In this document: positions 20,098-30,170 of the stretch, piece by piece | Layout: every line of letters begins with the position of its first letter | Position numbering within the stretch: the stretch's first letter is position 1 | Source of the DNA: Candidatus Delongbacteria bacterium | GTDB taxonomy: Bacteria; CAIWAD01 | NCBI GenBank assembly: GCA_963663545.1 | Contig: OY760505.1 | Coordinates: 3,584,001 to 3,648,000 of the forward strand | Length of the DNA stretch: 64,000 nucleotides | Direction of reading: 5' to 3' | Translations under genes and position numbers: made by a program | The notes under the pieces: model-generated | Seen by the model: only the letters and a program-made list of their open reading frames with translations | Told to the model about the DNA's origin: nothing | The model's database searches: none

Positions 20098-21948
20098 ATG
20101 CGCAATTTGTTTCTGGTTTTGTTACTGATTCCGATCAGCCTGTCGGCGAATAGCGGCACCTGGCAACCTTTGCTGAGCCAACAACCACAAAATCTGGCTA
20201 CGCAACTGTACTGTCAGGGTAATATCCTGACTCTAGAAATAAAAATACCGGGTTTTTACAAACAATGGCGGCCTGAATCCCAGGCGTATCGGTTGACGGT
20301 TCCAGGCACAGGGAATGTCATCACGCCCGGCAGTCCATGTTTGCCGTTTATTTCCTATCTATTAGCGCTACCAGAGGCCGCAGCGCTGCCTGCGGTTAAA
20401 ATTGACTATGTTTCCACAGTAGTTTTCGGTAAGCTGCCGGTGATGGTCAACCCTGCGGATGCCAGCGCTGATGCCGGCAACAGGGTAGGCTGCACTGATG
20501 CCGGAATTTGCGGTGACTATAGCTTCGAGCGCCAACAATCTGGTCCAGTATACTTTCGCTTGCAAAGTCTGGGAAAATTGAGCGGCATCGAAGTAGTGCG
20601 CCTGGAGATCATGCCCTTTCGTGCTGACAACATCAGCCAGCATCTCTATGTCGGTGAAAATTTCACCATCACCTTGACTCTGGCAAGAGGACAATGGGAT
20701 TCGCCGATGCGTAGCTCCGGCAATCTGGCGAAGATAAAACAACATGCGCTGCTCAATTGGAATTACGAGCAGGTGCGTCGGGAAGAAGAACCTCCGGAAG
20801 AATATTTGATCATTGCCCCGGACCATTTCACTTCCGCCCTGCAACCGCTAATCGAATGGCGCAGCGCCGAGGGGCTTCAGGTCAGTTGCCGTACTTTACA
20901 ACAGATCAAAAAAGAGCTGCAAATAACCGAATTGCTTTGTGCCGATAAACTCCGGGAATATATCAGTCTGTACTATCACAAAAGCGGCAATCTCAGCTAT
21001 GTGCTTTTGGTGGGTGATGTTGAATTGATCCCGGTCAAATACCGCAATGACGACGGTACCGATTTTTATTATAGCCTGGTCGATGGCAGCGGTGATTTGC
21101 TGCCTGATGTCTATTTGGGAAGGTTGCCGGTCAATAGTGCCGGCGAAGTCGCGGCCATTGTCGCGAAAATCATTGCTTATGAAAAAACATTGCCAGGCAA
21201 ACGAGTGCTGCTAGGCTCTTATTTCCAGGATAGCGAACTTGACGGGGTCAGCGATCGCGACTATGTTTACACCAGTGAGCAATTTCGTTCGTTTTTAGTG
21301 AAGCGCCAATATGAATGCCGGCGAGTATACACCATGACCGCTAACAGCGATCCGCGTTATTATAGCAATCATACCCCCGTACCGGTGGATATCACCTTTA
21401 ACGGTACCACTCAGGATATCCTTAACTTTATCAATACCGGTGCCGCATTAGTAAATCACCGCGACCACGGCGACCATGGCGGTTGGGTGCATCCTCCGTT
21501 TCGCAGCAGTGATCTCGGCCAATTATGGAACCGACGTTATCCTTTGCTATTCAATGTCGATTGCGCCACTGCCAAATTCGATAGCGAAACCGAAAAACAA
21601 CGGCGAGAGACGGAAGGTACGGCGCTAACCATAGATAACGAATCTTTCTCCGAGCAGATTTTAGCTCTGGACAATCGCGGCGTGGTCGCCATCATCGCTC
21701 CGACCCGCATCACCACCAATTCGCTGAACAATGCTTTCAATCAAGGCTTGATGGGTGCTATCTGGCCGAGAATGTTTGGCTCCTGCGACGGCCCGGCAAC
21801 GCGACTGGGACAGATACTCTATCGCGCCCGAATCAAGCTGTTGCGCGAATTTGGCGGCAACGGCTGGGTAAGTGAACGCATTCTCGGCAATTTCCGCCGC
21901 TATCATATTCTGGGCGATCCCGCCTTGCATATCCGTCTGCCCCAATAA
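20098..21948 (+). CDS. Secreted C25 (gingipain-like) cysteine peptidase
   Basis: Signal peptide, YLIIAP, YVLLVGD, YLGRLP, NHRDHG, NVDC, ILGDPAL. Confidence 0.88.
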   Translation: MRNLFLVLLLIPISLSANSGTWQPLLSQQPQNLATQLYCQGNILTLEIKIPGFYKQWRPESQAYRLTVPGTGNVITPGSPCLPFISYLLALPEAAALPAVKIDYVSTVVFGKLPVMVNPADASADAGNRVGCTDAGICGDYSFERQQSGPVYFRLQSLGKLSGIEVVRLEIMPFRADNISQHLYVGENFTITLTLARGQWDSPMRSSGNLAKIKQHALLNWNYEQVRREEEPPEEYLIIAPDHFTSALQPLIEWRSAEGLQVSCRTLQQIKKELQITELLCADKLREYISLYYHKSGNLSYVLLVGDVELIPVKYRNDDGTDFYYSLVDGSGDLLPDVYLGRLPVNSAGEVAAIVAKIIAYEKTLPGKRVLLGSYFQDSELDGVSDRDYVYTSEQFRSFLVKRQYECRRVYTMTANSDPRYYSNHTPVPVDITFNGTTQDILNFINTGAALVNHRDHGDHGGWVHPPFRSSDLGQLWNRRYPLLFNVDCATAKFDSETEKQRRETEGTALTIDNESFSEQILALDNRGVVAIIAPTRITTNSLNNAFNQGLMGAIWPRMFGSCDGPATRLGQILYRARIKLLREFGGNGWVSERILGNFRRYHILGDPALHIRLPQ

Positions 21949-22040
21949 ACACAGCTTGCCTTATAAGATTTTTATCACGAATTACACGAAGTAGACAAAT
22001 AGCACGAATTATTCTTCCTTTCATTCGCGTAATTCGTTTA

Positions 22041-22196
22041 GGAGCCGGCAAGAAATAACTTACCCATTTGGTTTGCCCTTTTGCTCCCTGGCCGCGTCGC
22101 TCCTCAATTACAGAACTAAGGCTATGCGCATTCGTCGCTCCTTGCCAGGAAACAAAATTGCTAAACCAACTGACCAAGTTATTTCTTGCCGGCTCC
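22041..22196 (+). mobile_element. MITE family A copy (156 bp)
   Basis: 19-bp perfect TIR core; TTA duplicated on both sides. Confidence 0.92.
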
Positions 22197-22463
22197 TTAT
22201 TCGTGTAACACCACTGAAAGCGTGAGCAAGTAAAGTGGGAGGGTTGGGGAAGTCGAACAGGAACCTCGATGATTTAATTGGCTCTTCTGGATAATGAGTA
22301 CCTACGGCAAAATTATACTTGAAAAAAGCAGGCAAAAAAGGTAGAAATATTCATCATCTCCAAAAGAAAAAGATAATTTTGCCAAAAAGGAAAATTCGAA
22401 CCACGGATAAACACGGATTGAGAGATTGTGCATCGTGGAATACCGTTTCTTTTGTTAGAATTT

Positions 22464-22913
22464 ATGAAAGCGAAGAAAATATTACTTTTGCACGGCCCCA
22501 ACCTCAACCTTCTCGGTCGTCGCGAACCCGAATTCTACGGGGTGTTGTCGTTAGCGGAAATCAACGAGCGGGTCATCGCTTATGCCGCCGGTCGCCAGAT
22601 CGAAGTAAGCGCTCGCCAATCTAACCATGAGGGGGAATTGATCGATATTTTACACCAGGCTGCGGAATGGGCCGATGGGGTCGTTTTCAACCCCGGCGGC
22701 TATGCGCATACCTCTGTGGCATTGCGTGATGCCGTAGCGGCGATCGATTTGCCGGTAGTCGAAGTGCATCTTTCCAACCTTCACGCTCGGGAATCGTTTC
22801 GCCACCAGTCGTTAGTGGCTTGTCAATGTCTGGGGCAAATCTCCGGTTTCGGCTGGCGTAGCTATGTGCTGGGAGTCGCCGCGTTATTGGGACATTGGGA
22901 TATGCCGGACTAA
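22464..22913 (+). CDS. aroQ: Type II 3-dehydroquinate dehydratase
   Basis: [34 protein letters not shown]. Confidence 0.96.
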   Translation: MKAKKILLLHGPNLNLLGRREPEFYGVLSLAEINERVIAYAAGRQIEVSARQSNHEGELIDILHQAAEWADGVVFNPGGYAHTSVALRDAVAAIDLPVVEVHLSNLHARESFRHQSLVACQCLGQISGFGWRSYVLGVAALLGHWDMPD

Positions 22914-23092
22914 ACGCCGGGAAGAAGCTTTCGCATTACAAAAAATCGGGGGCGTTTCCAAGGTTAGACGTCGACCATTTTACAACTTACCTGATCATAT
23001 CAACTTATTTCTTGCCAGCTCCTTATTTCAGCGAACGAGCGAAAAATCAAGTATATCGAATTGCCGGGAGTTATCCCTGATGGCAAGCCGGC

Positions 23093-24154
23093 TCACCAAT
23101 CGCAGCCCAAGCCCGGTCGTTGCGTCGGGTAGAGCACTCCCTGGCGTAAGATTAGCGCCGAAGTCGAAGGATCGCCATTGAGGCCGATATGGCCATCAAG
23201 ATCGGCATATTCAACGTTGGGACGCGCCAGCGCGAAGTGTAATCCGGCGGCGATGGCCAGGGCGGCTTCATCCATGCAACCGACCATTACCTCCAGGCTA
23301 GCGGCTTTGGCTACGGCATTGACCTGCAACGCTTCAGCAATACCGCCGACTTTCATCAATTTGATGTTGACCATATCGACAAAATTGCCCTGAGCCAGGC
23401 GAAAGGCATCACGCAAAGTCATCAAGCTTTCATCGGCCATAATCGGCACCGATACCGTGTTGGTGATTCGCCCCAGTAAATCGGGTTGGCCTTTTGGCGT
23501 AGGTTGTTCGATTAATTCCAGTCGGGCACTACGAGTTTTGTCAACGAATTCCAATGCCTGGAGCACTGAAAAACCCTGGTTGGCATCGAAGCGCAATTCG
23601 ACAGCGGGGCCAATGGCTTCACGTACTTTGATAACTCTGGCAATATCGCAGCCAACATCGAGCCCACCTTTGATTTTTATCGCCCGGAATCCTTCTGCTA
23701 TCCATTTTTTTGCAAGATCCACAGTTTCGGATTCGGGTAAAATTCCAATAGTAATGCTGGTGGGAATACTCTCCCGAAATCCCCCAAGCAATTTCCATAC
23801 CGGCATCCCGCAACTTTTGCCGATGATATCAAAAAGCGCCATATCCACTGCGGCAATAGCCGAAGGCTGAGAACTAAGCGGCTTTCTGATGCTATGAAGC
23901 AACAGAGCATGACGTAGCGGATCACGATGTTCAAGGGCAGGGGCGACCGTGGTGGTGATGGCCTGCATTACCGTTTGTGGGGTTTCATCGGTTATTTTCT
24001 TATCTGGAGCGGCGCAACCATAACCGATGATCCCCTGGTCGGTTTCGATGCGGATAAATACATTGCTAGTAGTATTGATGGTTTCGTAGGCAATGGTATA
24101 AGGATCGGTCAATTTCATTTCGACTTCCCATGCCTGAATCTTGGTTATTTTCAT
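23093..24154 (-). CDS. Dipeptide epimerase (L-Ala-D/L-Glu type, enolase superfamily)
   Basis: KIKGG, FDANQG, IEQP, MADES, NIKLMK, GCMDE, ADLDG. Confidence 0.9.
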   Translation of the reverse strand: MKITKIQAWEVEMKLTDPYTIAYETINTTSNVFIRIETDQGIIGYGCAAPDKKITDETPQTVMQAITTTVAPALEHRDPLRHALLLHSIRKPLSSQPSAIAAVDMALFDIIGKSCGMPVWKLLGGFRESIPTSITIGILPESETVDLAKKWIAEGFRAIKIKGGLDVGCDIARVIKVREAIGPAVELRFDANQGFSVLQALEFVDKTRSARLELIEQPTPKGQPDLLGRITNTVSVPIMADESLMTLRDAFRLAQGNFVDMVNIKLMKVGGIAEALQVNAVAKAASLEVMVGCMDEAALAIAAGLHFALARPNVEYADLDGHIGLNGDPSTSALILRQGVLYPTQRPGLGCDW

Positions 24155-24481
24155 TGTTATCTATCTCCTGTCCAGGGCAGAAAAAAAATTTACATATGTC
24201 CGAAATTATGGGATTGCCCCCCCTGGACATTTACTATTGTCCTGATGGCAAATAGCTTATCCCAATGACAAAATTCGCTCCAACCGTCTGATTAACCGAT
24301 GTTGGAGCCGATGCCAGCAAAAATAGTTGTTTTTTTGTTTTTTCATTCGCCGAATATGATTGTAAAATACCAGTAAACCACAGCAAACGACATTTGGCGA
24401 AAAAAAATGCATTCTATCAGGTCGAAAGCGACAATGTCCACCAGAATTTGGGATGGATACTTCAGCGAATCAGGAGGGATA

Positions 24482-25858
24482 ATGCCTTTTAGTTTGTTTA
24501 TCATCGAGGACGAATTCACTACCCGTAAGGCTATTTATTATCAATTGAGCAAAGATTACAGCGTCAAAGAATTTGCCAGCGCTGAACCGGCTCTGGCGGT
24601 TTTGGCTAAAGATTGCCCAGACCTGGTGCTGCTGGATATCGAATTGCCCGGTATAAGTGGTATTGATGCTTTAAAAAGAATAAAAGCCATCGATCCCAAG
24701 ATCCTGGTAATCATGTCTACTGCAAATAGTGATATCGATACGGTAATATCGGCAATGAAAATGGGTGCCCACGACTACGTGGTCAAGCCGGTCAGCATGG
24801 AACGTCTGGCCATGAGTATCGAAAACGCTCTGGCTACCATCAAAATGAGCAAAGAAATCCGGTCGCTCCAACAACGCTATTTGCGAGAAAATTTGCCTGG
24901 CTTTATTTGTGAAAGTAATCGGATGCAAGAAGTTATGCAGGTAGTATCACGAGTCGCCAGAAGCCAGGCGCCAATCTTGATCGTGGGGGATTCGGGCACC
25001 GGCAAAGAGTTGATCGCCAATACGATACATTATCAAAGCCCTAATTTTCGCGGGCCGTTTATCGCCATCAATTGTGCCGCTATTCCCGACACCTTGATTG
25101 AAAGCGAACTTTTTGGCTACGAGAAAGGTGCCTTTAGCGGTGCGGCCGCCAGTGGTAAAAAAGGCCAGGTGGAGTTGGCCGCCTCCGGAACGCTGTTTCT
25201 TGATGAAATTGCTGAAATGAGCCAACAAGCGCAGGCTAAATTGCTGCGGTTTTTAGAGCAAGGAGAATTTTATCGCGTAGGCGGGTGCAAAAAATTGCAC
25301 ATTCAGACCCGTTTGATCTCGGCAACCAATCGCAATTTGGAACGGATGATCAATGCCGGTTTTTTTCGCGATGACCTCTATTACCGCCTGGCCATTGTCA
25401 AAATCGAAATCCCCTCTTTGAACGAGCGGCCCGAGGATATCCTGCCGATTGCCAGGCATTTTCTCCTGCAACTTGGAGAAAAATACGGCAAAAATTTTCA
25501 GGATATCAGTGGCGATACCCAGAAGTTCCTGCAAAATCGCCATTGGAAAGGCAATATTCGCGAATTGCGCAATATTATTGAAAAAGGAGTGATATTAGGG
25601 GCCGGGCCATTATTGACCCTCAAGGATTTAGGGGAAGAAGGTCGTCATCATGGAACCGAGAAGGTAAGCCCTGGCCGCGCCGATGACTACTTCCCACCGC
25701 TTCCCGCAGGAGGCATTGACCTGGCCGCTCTTGAAAAATATTATATCGAAGAAGCATTGCGCCGGTCGTCCGGAAACGATGCCGAAGCGGCCAGATTGTT
25801 GCGAATGAACTACTACGCTTTCCGCTATCGCCGTAAGCGTATTTATCTCGGACGTTGA
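24482..25858 (+). CDS. Sigma-54-dependent response regulator (NtrC family)
   Basis: Receiver (LLDI), GDSGTGKE, ESELFG, GAFSGA, WKGNIREL, C-terminal HTH. Confidence 0.93.
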   Translation: MPFSLFIIEDEFTTRKAIYYQLSKDYSVKEFASAEPALAVLAKDCPDLVLLDIELPGISGIDALKRIKAIDPKILVIMSTANSDIDTVISAMKMGAHDYVVKPVSMERLAMSIENALATIKMSKEIRSLQQRYLRENLPGFICESNRMQEVMQVVSRVARSQAPILIVGDSGTGKELIANTIHYQSPNFRGPFIAINCAAIPDTLIESELFGYEKGAFSGAAASGKKGQVELAASGTLFLDEIAEMSQQAQAKLLRFLEQGEFYRVGGCKKLHIQTRLISATNRNLERMINAGFFRDDLYYRLAIVKIEIPSLNERPEDILPIARHFLLQLGEKYGKNFQDISGDTQKFLQNRHWKGNIRELRNIIEKGVILGAGPLLTLKDLGEEGRHHGTEKVSPGRADDYFPPLPAGGIDLAALEKYYIEEALRRSSGNDAEAARLLRMNYYAFRYRRKRIYLGR

Positions 25859-25861
25859 CCA

Positions 25862-26020
25862 GGCTGTGTTTACGAATTCATTCCGCCTGCTATCGAGCCC
25901 TTTTGTTCCCTGGCTTCGTTGCTCCTCAGTTACAGAACAAGAAGCTATGCGCCTTCGTCGCGCCTCGCCAGGAAACAAAATGACTTCGCTATCAAACGAA
26001 AGCAATTCGTAAACACAGCC
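25862..26020 (+). mobile_element. MITE family B
   Basis: TIR GGCTGTGTTTACGAATT/AATTCGTAAACACAGCC; interior homologous to the family A core. Confidence 0.88.
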
Positions 26021-26027
26021 TAGCTAG

Positions 26028-26147
26028 CTACTCGGCTTTTTTCTCTTTTTTGCTTTTTTTGGCTTTAGTGTCGGTAGCAGCCTTAGTTTTTTTAGCGGCT
26101 TTGGCTTTGGGCTTGGCTTTTTCTTTTGTAGTGGGTTGTTCGGACAT
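26028..26147 (-). CDS. 39-aa Lys/Ala-rich small protein
   Basis: RBS aggag; MSEQPTTKEKAKPKAKAAKKTKAATDTKAKKSKKEKKAE*; not in the ORF track. Confidence 0.65.
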   Translation of the reverse strand: MSEQPTTKEKAKPKAKAAKKTKAATDTKAKKSKKEKKAE

Positions 26148-26267
26148 CTAAGTTTCTCCTGAAATTCGTTATAAAAAAATTTTACAAGGGCAAGAAATAA
26201 ATTACCATTTGTCCTAATTATTTCGACAATGTCAAGTTAGCCTAATTACATGAAGACGAAGATATTA

Positions 26268-26418
26268 CACCGCAGAGACGCAGAGGACACAGAGAAAAAA
26301 ACAAGAGGATATTTTTGGAATGCCAATGTGAATCGATAACGCTGGCCGTAGAGGCAGCCAACGACCGTTCGACATTATAGACATTGTTTTTCTCTGCGAT
26401 CTCTGCGTCTCTGCGGTG
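26268..26418. repeat. Inverted pair CACCGCAGAGACGCAGAG...CTCTGCGTCTCTGCGGTG
   Basis: Seen directly; its right flank recurs in reverse near 41136-41168. Confidence 0.8.
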
Positions 26419-26599
26419 AATTCAACGCTTTCAAGAAACATGACATTGCCAAGTTATATTACAGATGATGTTGAACACTCCAAATTTGCTACAGCGCCTT
26501 AGAAGCTACAAATGGAACCACGAATGAACACCAGTGTCCATTCGTGGTTCGAGAAATAGAGCAGGCGACCGTGTTCAATATCATCCGTTACAGAACAGA

Positions 26600-26848
26600 G
26601 GAGCCGGAATAATATATAATTCAGTCTCTTAGCAAGTCATGTGCCAAATGCTAATTCCCGGCCAAAGGCGAGGCGCATATGGTGAAATGGCCAACTGCGA
26701 GAATGTGATCTTCGGCGTGCTTTACCGCAACTAGCAGTAAAAACCTGTTGGCGCAATCGCCAAATTTGGCGTTTTCGCCAACTTTTTTGGCGGCGAGCAA
26801 TTACTTTTGAATGTAAACCAAATGGATAAGTTATTTCTTTCCGGCTCC
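26600..26848. mobile_element. Element with family A ends and an unrelated interior (249 bp)
   Basis: GGAGCCGGAA...AAGTTATTTCTTTCCGGCTCC. Confidence 0.7.
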
Positions 26849-26962
26849 TTAGCAATTCGGGCAACGAGCGTTAAATCGGACCGGTGTGGTACGTCAGTTG
26901 CTTAGATAATTTCTATTGACAGTCAATGCTCACTACATCCAAGATCTCAATATATTAGGAGA

Positions 26963-27715
26963 TTGCAAATGCTTAGAAAGATACTGTTCTCGGCAATTAT
27001 CAGCATCGCCTGGTTAACAGCTAGCATTCAGACCCAAGAAAGCGCGGAGCCCGAACCTGCGCAAGAAGGCTATATTACCGAAGGTTATTCGGCATTAGCC
27101 ATGATCCCCGAAAGTATGGCGCAAAATAATCTCTATCGCCTGCAAAGGGAAAATCCCAAAGCCACGCTTCGAGACGCTCTCCTATATTTCGCCAGGCGAA
27201 AGGCAGCGACCGATGCCCGTAGAAACCTGTCCGAATATTATAACGGCGTCCATTTCAAATTCGTCGCTGGAAAATTCAGCTATGAAATCAAAGCGTGCGA
27301 AGGATTTGTCGGTGGTAGGGGCGTTTACAGCTATCGTTTACTGGATAGTGGGGTGGTTATTGCCACCAAGAAACTGAATATAACCGAGAATTTGCAACAA
27401 AAACGCCTGGAACTACAACCCCAAGACGTTACCGGGCATAGTAGCAATAATCCCGCCAACATCTTGCAAGCGCTACGCGAGGCCCGGATGAATGCCATTG
27501 AAAAAGCGGCCAAAAAAGCGGTAAAGCTCAAATATCCCTCGGCTTTTCAAGAAAAAGAAAACGCAAGTGAAAATCAAGAATTGAAAGCGGAAGACGATAA
27601 AGAGAAAACACAAATGCGAACTTATCAAGGCGTAGTCTATATCGTCACCACGGTTTCAGATAAGCTCGGGCCCCCTTATCATATTACTTTGCGCGTGCAA
27701 ACGGAAGTAGAGTAA
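26963..27715 (+). CDS. Hypothetical secreted protein
   Basis: RBS aggag, hydrophobic signal-like N-terminus, 250 aa. Confidence 0.7.
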   Translation: MQMLRKILFSAIISIAWLTASIQTQESAEPEPAQEGYITEGYSALAMIPESMAQNNLYRLQRENPKATLRDALLYFARRKAATDARRNLSEYYNGVHFKFVAGKFSYEIKACEGFVGGRGVYSYRLLDSGVVIATKKLNITENLQQKRLELQPQDVTGHSSNNPANILQALREARMNAIEKAAKKAVKLKYPSAFQEKENASENQELKAEDDKEKTQMRTYQGVVYIVTTVSDKLGPPYHITLRVQTEVE

Positions 27716-27740
27716 GACCCGAGATGCCGCCAAATAGTGC

Positions 27741-27865
27741 GTAATCCCATAATTTCGGCAAAAACCTGTTTGTCACGAAGCGACAGCGATGGACGATTTT
27801 CGTAATCGTAAACGATGGTCAATGTTCTATGATCGATGATTCGGTGGTCGAGCAAATTATTTGCT
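27741..27865 (-). repeat. Family C repeat copy (reverse)
   Basis: gtaatcccataatttcggc...gtcgagcaaattatttgct. Confidence 0.85.
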
Positions 27866-27941
27866 CATATTTGAAAGCATACACACGATCCGATACAATA
27901 GGGATTTACTCTGTTGGCAAGTACATATAAAGGAAACACTG

Positions 27942-30170
27942 ATGTCTTATAGATGCAAACCGCATAAAAAATTAATCTCCCGGATATTTTGTCTGTCGGT
28001 GTTACTGCTGTTTTTTATCCAGCCTTCCCTGTATTGGCTAGAGGCCCAGAGCAGTCAATCGCGCCCTGTCGAAGCGATCGTGGTTCCTGAAAGCGAGGAA
28101 TGGTTACTGGCTTTGGCCGCGCCTATCCTGGCAGCGCATCGCCCGGCATCAATGCCATTGCTGCTGTCACTTGCCAAACCCCTGACTATAAAAGAAAGCT
28201 GGATGTTAAAACAGGTCGCGCCCAACCGTTGCCTGGTATTAGCCACTAAAAACAGCTTTACCGCCAAAGATTTTGCCGATAGCAAAGTCGAAATCGTATC
28301 TCTGGTAGCCAACCCGACCCAGGCCGGAATTACCCTGGCCAACCTTTTTTGGAAAAACTGTGACGAAGTGGTAGTGGCGTCCTTGCTGGACAAAGGATCG
28401 ATGATCCATGGCGCCGCATTGGCCGCCCATCTCAAAGTGCCATTTATTCCGATGCAAGAGCATAGCGGTTTTCTGGCGCGGCTATTCCAAAAAGAATCAC
28501 CGGAGCAGCGTGAGCTGCTCCAGGCATTGCAAAGTCTCAAAGTCAAACGGGTATTGGTTGCGGTCGGCGATCTGGAAAATCAACCGCGCTGGGTCAAGGT
28601 CATCGGCCCCAAAGCCCAATGTATGGACGATCAGGCTATTTCTCGGCGCATTATTGGCAAGATCGGCCGGGATGCGGTAAAACATCTGGTACTTGTCCGC
28701 ATTCCCGATGAGTGGTTCGGTAAAACCGCGTGGCTGGCCCCTTATTATAGCTTGATTCGCCAGGCGCCGATTGTTTTTACCTACACGCCTGTCGCCAAGC
28801 AGGCGGAAGATGAAGTCTACGCTTTCATTGACGGCTATCGGGTCAAAGCGCGCTTTTTGACCATTCTTGCCAGTTATGAAGCGATTGGTGTCATTGCTTT
28901 GAGTGACCCGGTGCTTCTGGGCGAATACCAAGTCGAGGTCGAGCCTTGCATAATGCCGCCGTTGCGAGACTGTGCCATAGGTCTGGCCAGTGGCCGCATC
29001 CCTTGCAATAATCTGCGTGAAGCTTCACTACTTATCGCCCGTACTTTCGCCCGAAACCGGATGCTGGCACAATTGTCGCCGCAAGTTTTGATGGTGGCCA
29101 ATCCAGCTTCGGAGTATGGGACTTTGCCGCTGGCAGAAACCATTGCCCATGCCACAGTGCAAGAATATAAAAATTGTCGCGTCAAAATCGACGAGTTTTA
29201 TAACGTTCGTTCCGACATCAAGCCGATTCTTCAGGCCAGTGATAAAGCCCACCTGATTATTTTTCAAGGGCACGTAAGTGACCAGTTCATTTTTGTGCCG
29301 GAAAACCCGGTCAATTTTGATATTTCCCAAGTTCCGGTAAAAAACCGGCAAAAACGTCGCCTGAGCGGATTGCCGCTGGTAGTGTTGCAAAGTTGTTCTT
29401 CACTGGAAGAGCCAATGTTTCAACTGATCTTCAACTGCGGCGGCATCGGTCTTATCGGCAGTGTCACCAGCATCCACAGCGCTTCCGGCAGTGCCTTCAT
29501 CAAAGCCTTTTCCGACAGTATGCTTTATCGCGGCGATAGCGTCGGCGAGGCGCTACGTTCCGCCCGCAATTATTTTCTGTGCCTGGCGGAATTGAAAAAT
29601 CGCCGCGGCCATAAAGAAACGCCGAAATTACGCCGCGTAGCCCTGAGCTTTCGCCTCTGGGGTGATCCTGAAATGCGATTATTCCCGGAAAAACCGAACA
29701 AACCACGACTGCGTCAGCTTAAAGCCAAATTTACCAAAAAGCAGCAGGTGCTAATCAACGTACCCCGGCGCCGCTTGCCCAAATCGACCACCAAAAACTA
29801 TCTGGCCCAAATTTTCCCGGGAAGTGAACTGGCGGGGCTTGTCAAACGAATCAAAGATAAGCCGCAACGACGTATTACTCCGTTATATTTTTTACGGCTG
29901 CATCTACCTGAAAATTTCAAGATCAATAACTACCGGGATATCCGACGATCACGAGATCCAGGCGGGCATGGGGTGTTTTTATGCGATCCCTATCGCGAAT
30001 ACCTTTACTTATTATATTACCCGCCAAAAGAACGGCACGGCAAAAAAATCGTTTTAAGGTTCTACCCAGATGTCAAACCTTATCATAAAGTGGATAAAGC
30101 GCAGGAAAAAAAGATTGAAATCGCGCCACCAGGTGCAATCATCGAGGAAAAAAAACATGAAAATCGGTAG
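27942..30170 (+). CDS. Clan CD (C25/CHAT-like) peptidase domain protein
   Basis: ASGRIP, IIFQGH, VLQSCSS, VGEALRSAR, LWGDP. Confidence 0.65.
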   Translation: MSYRCKPHKKLISRIFCLSVLLLFFIQPSLYWLEAQSSQSRPVEAIVVPESEEWLLALAAPILAAHRPASMPLLLSLAKPLTIKESWMLKQVAPNRCLVLATKNSFTAKDFADSKVEIVSLVANPTQAGITLANLFWKNCDEVVVASLLDKGSMIHGAALAAHLKVPFIPMQEHSGFLARLFQKESPEQRELLQALQSLKVKRVLVAVGDLENQPRWVKVIGPKAQCMDDQAISRRIIGKIGRDAVKHLVLVRIPDEWFGKTAWLAPYYSLIRQAPIVFTYTPVAKQAEDEVYAFIDGYRVKARFLTILASYEAIGVIALSDPVLLGEYQVEVEPCIMPPLRDCAIGLASGRIPCNNLREASLLIARTFARNRMLAQLSPQVLMVANPASEYGTLPLAETIAHATVQEYKNCRVKIDEFYNVRSDIKPILQASDKAHLIIFQGHVSDQFIFVPENPVNFDISQVPVKNRQKRRLSGLPLVVLQSCSSLEEPMFQLIFNCGGIGLIGSVTSIHSASGSAFIKAFSDSMLYRGDSVGEALRSARNYFLCLAELKNRRGHKETPKLRRVALSFRLWGDPEMRLFPEKPNKPRLRQLKAKFTKKQQVLINVPRRRLPKSTTKNYLAQIFPGSELAGLVKRIKDKPQRRITPLYFLRLHLPENFKINNYRDIRRSRDPGGHGVFLCDPYREYLYLLYYPPKERHGKKIVLRFYPDVKPYHKVDKAQEKKIEIAPPGAIIEEKKHENR

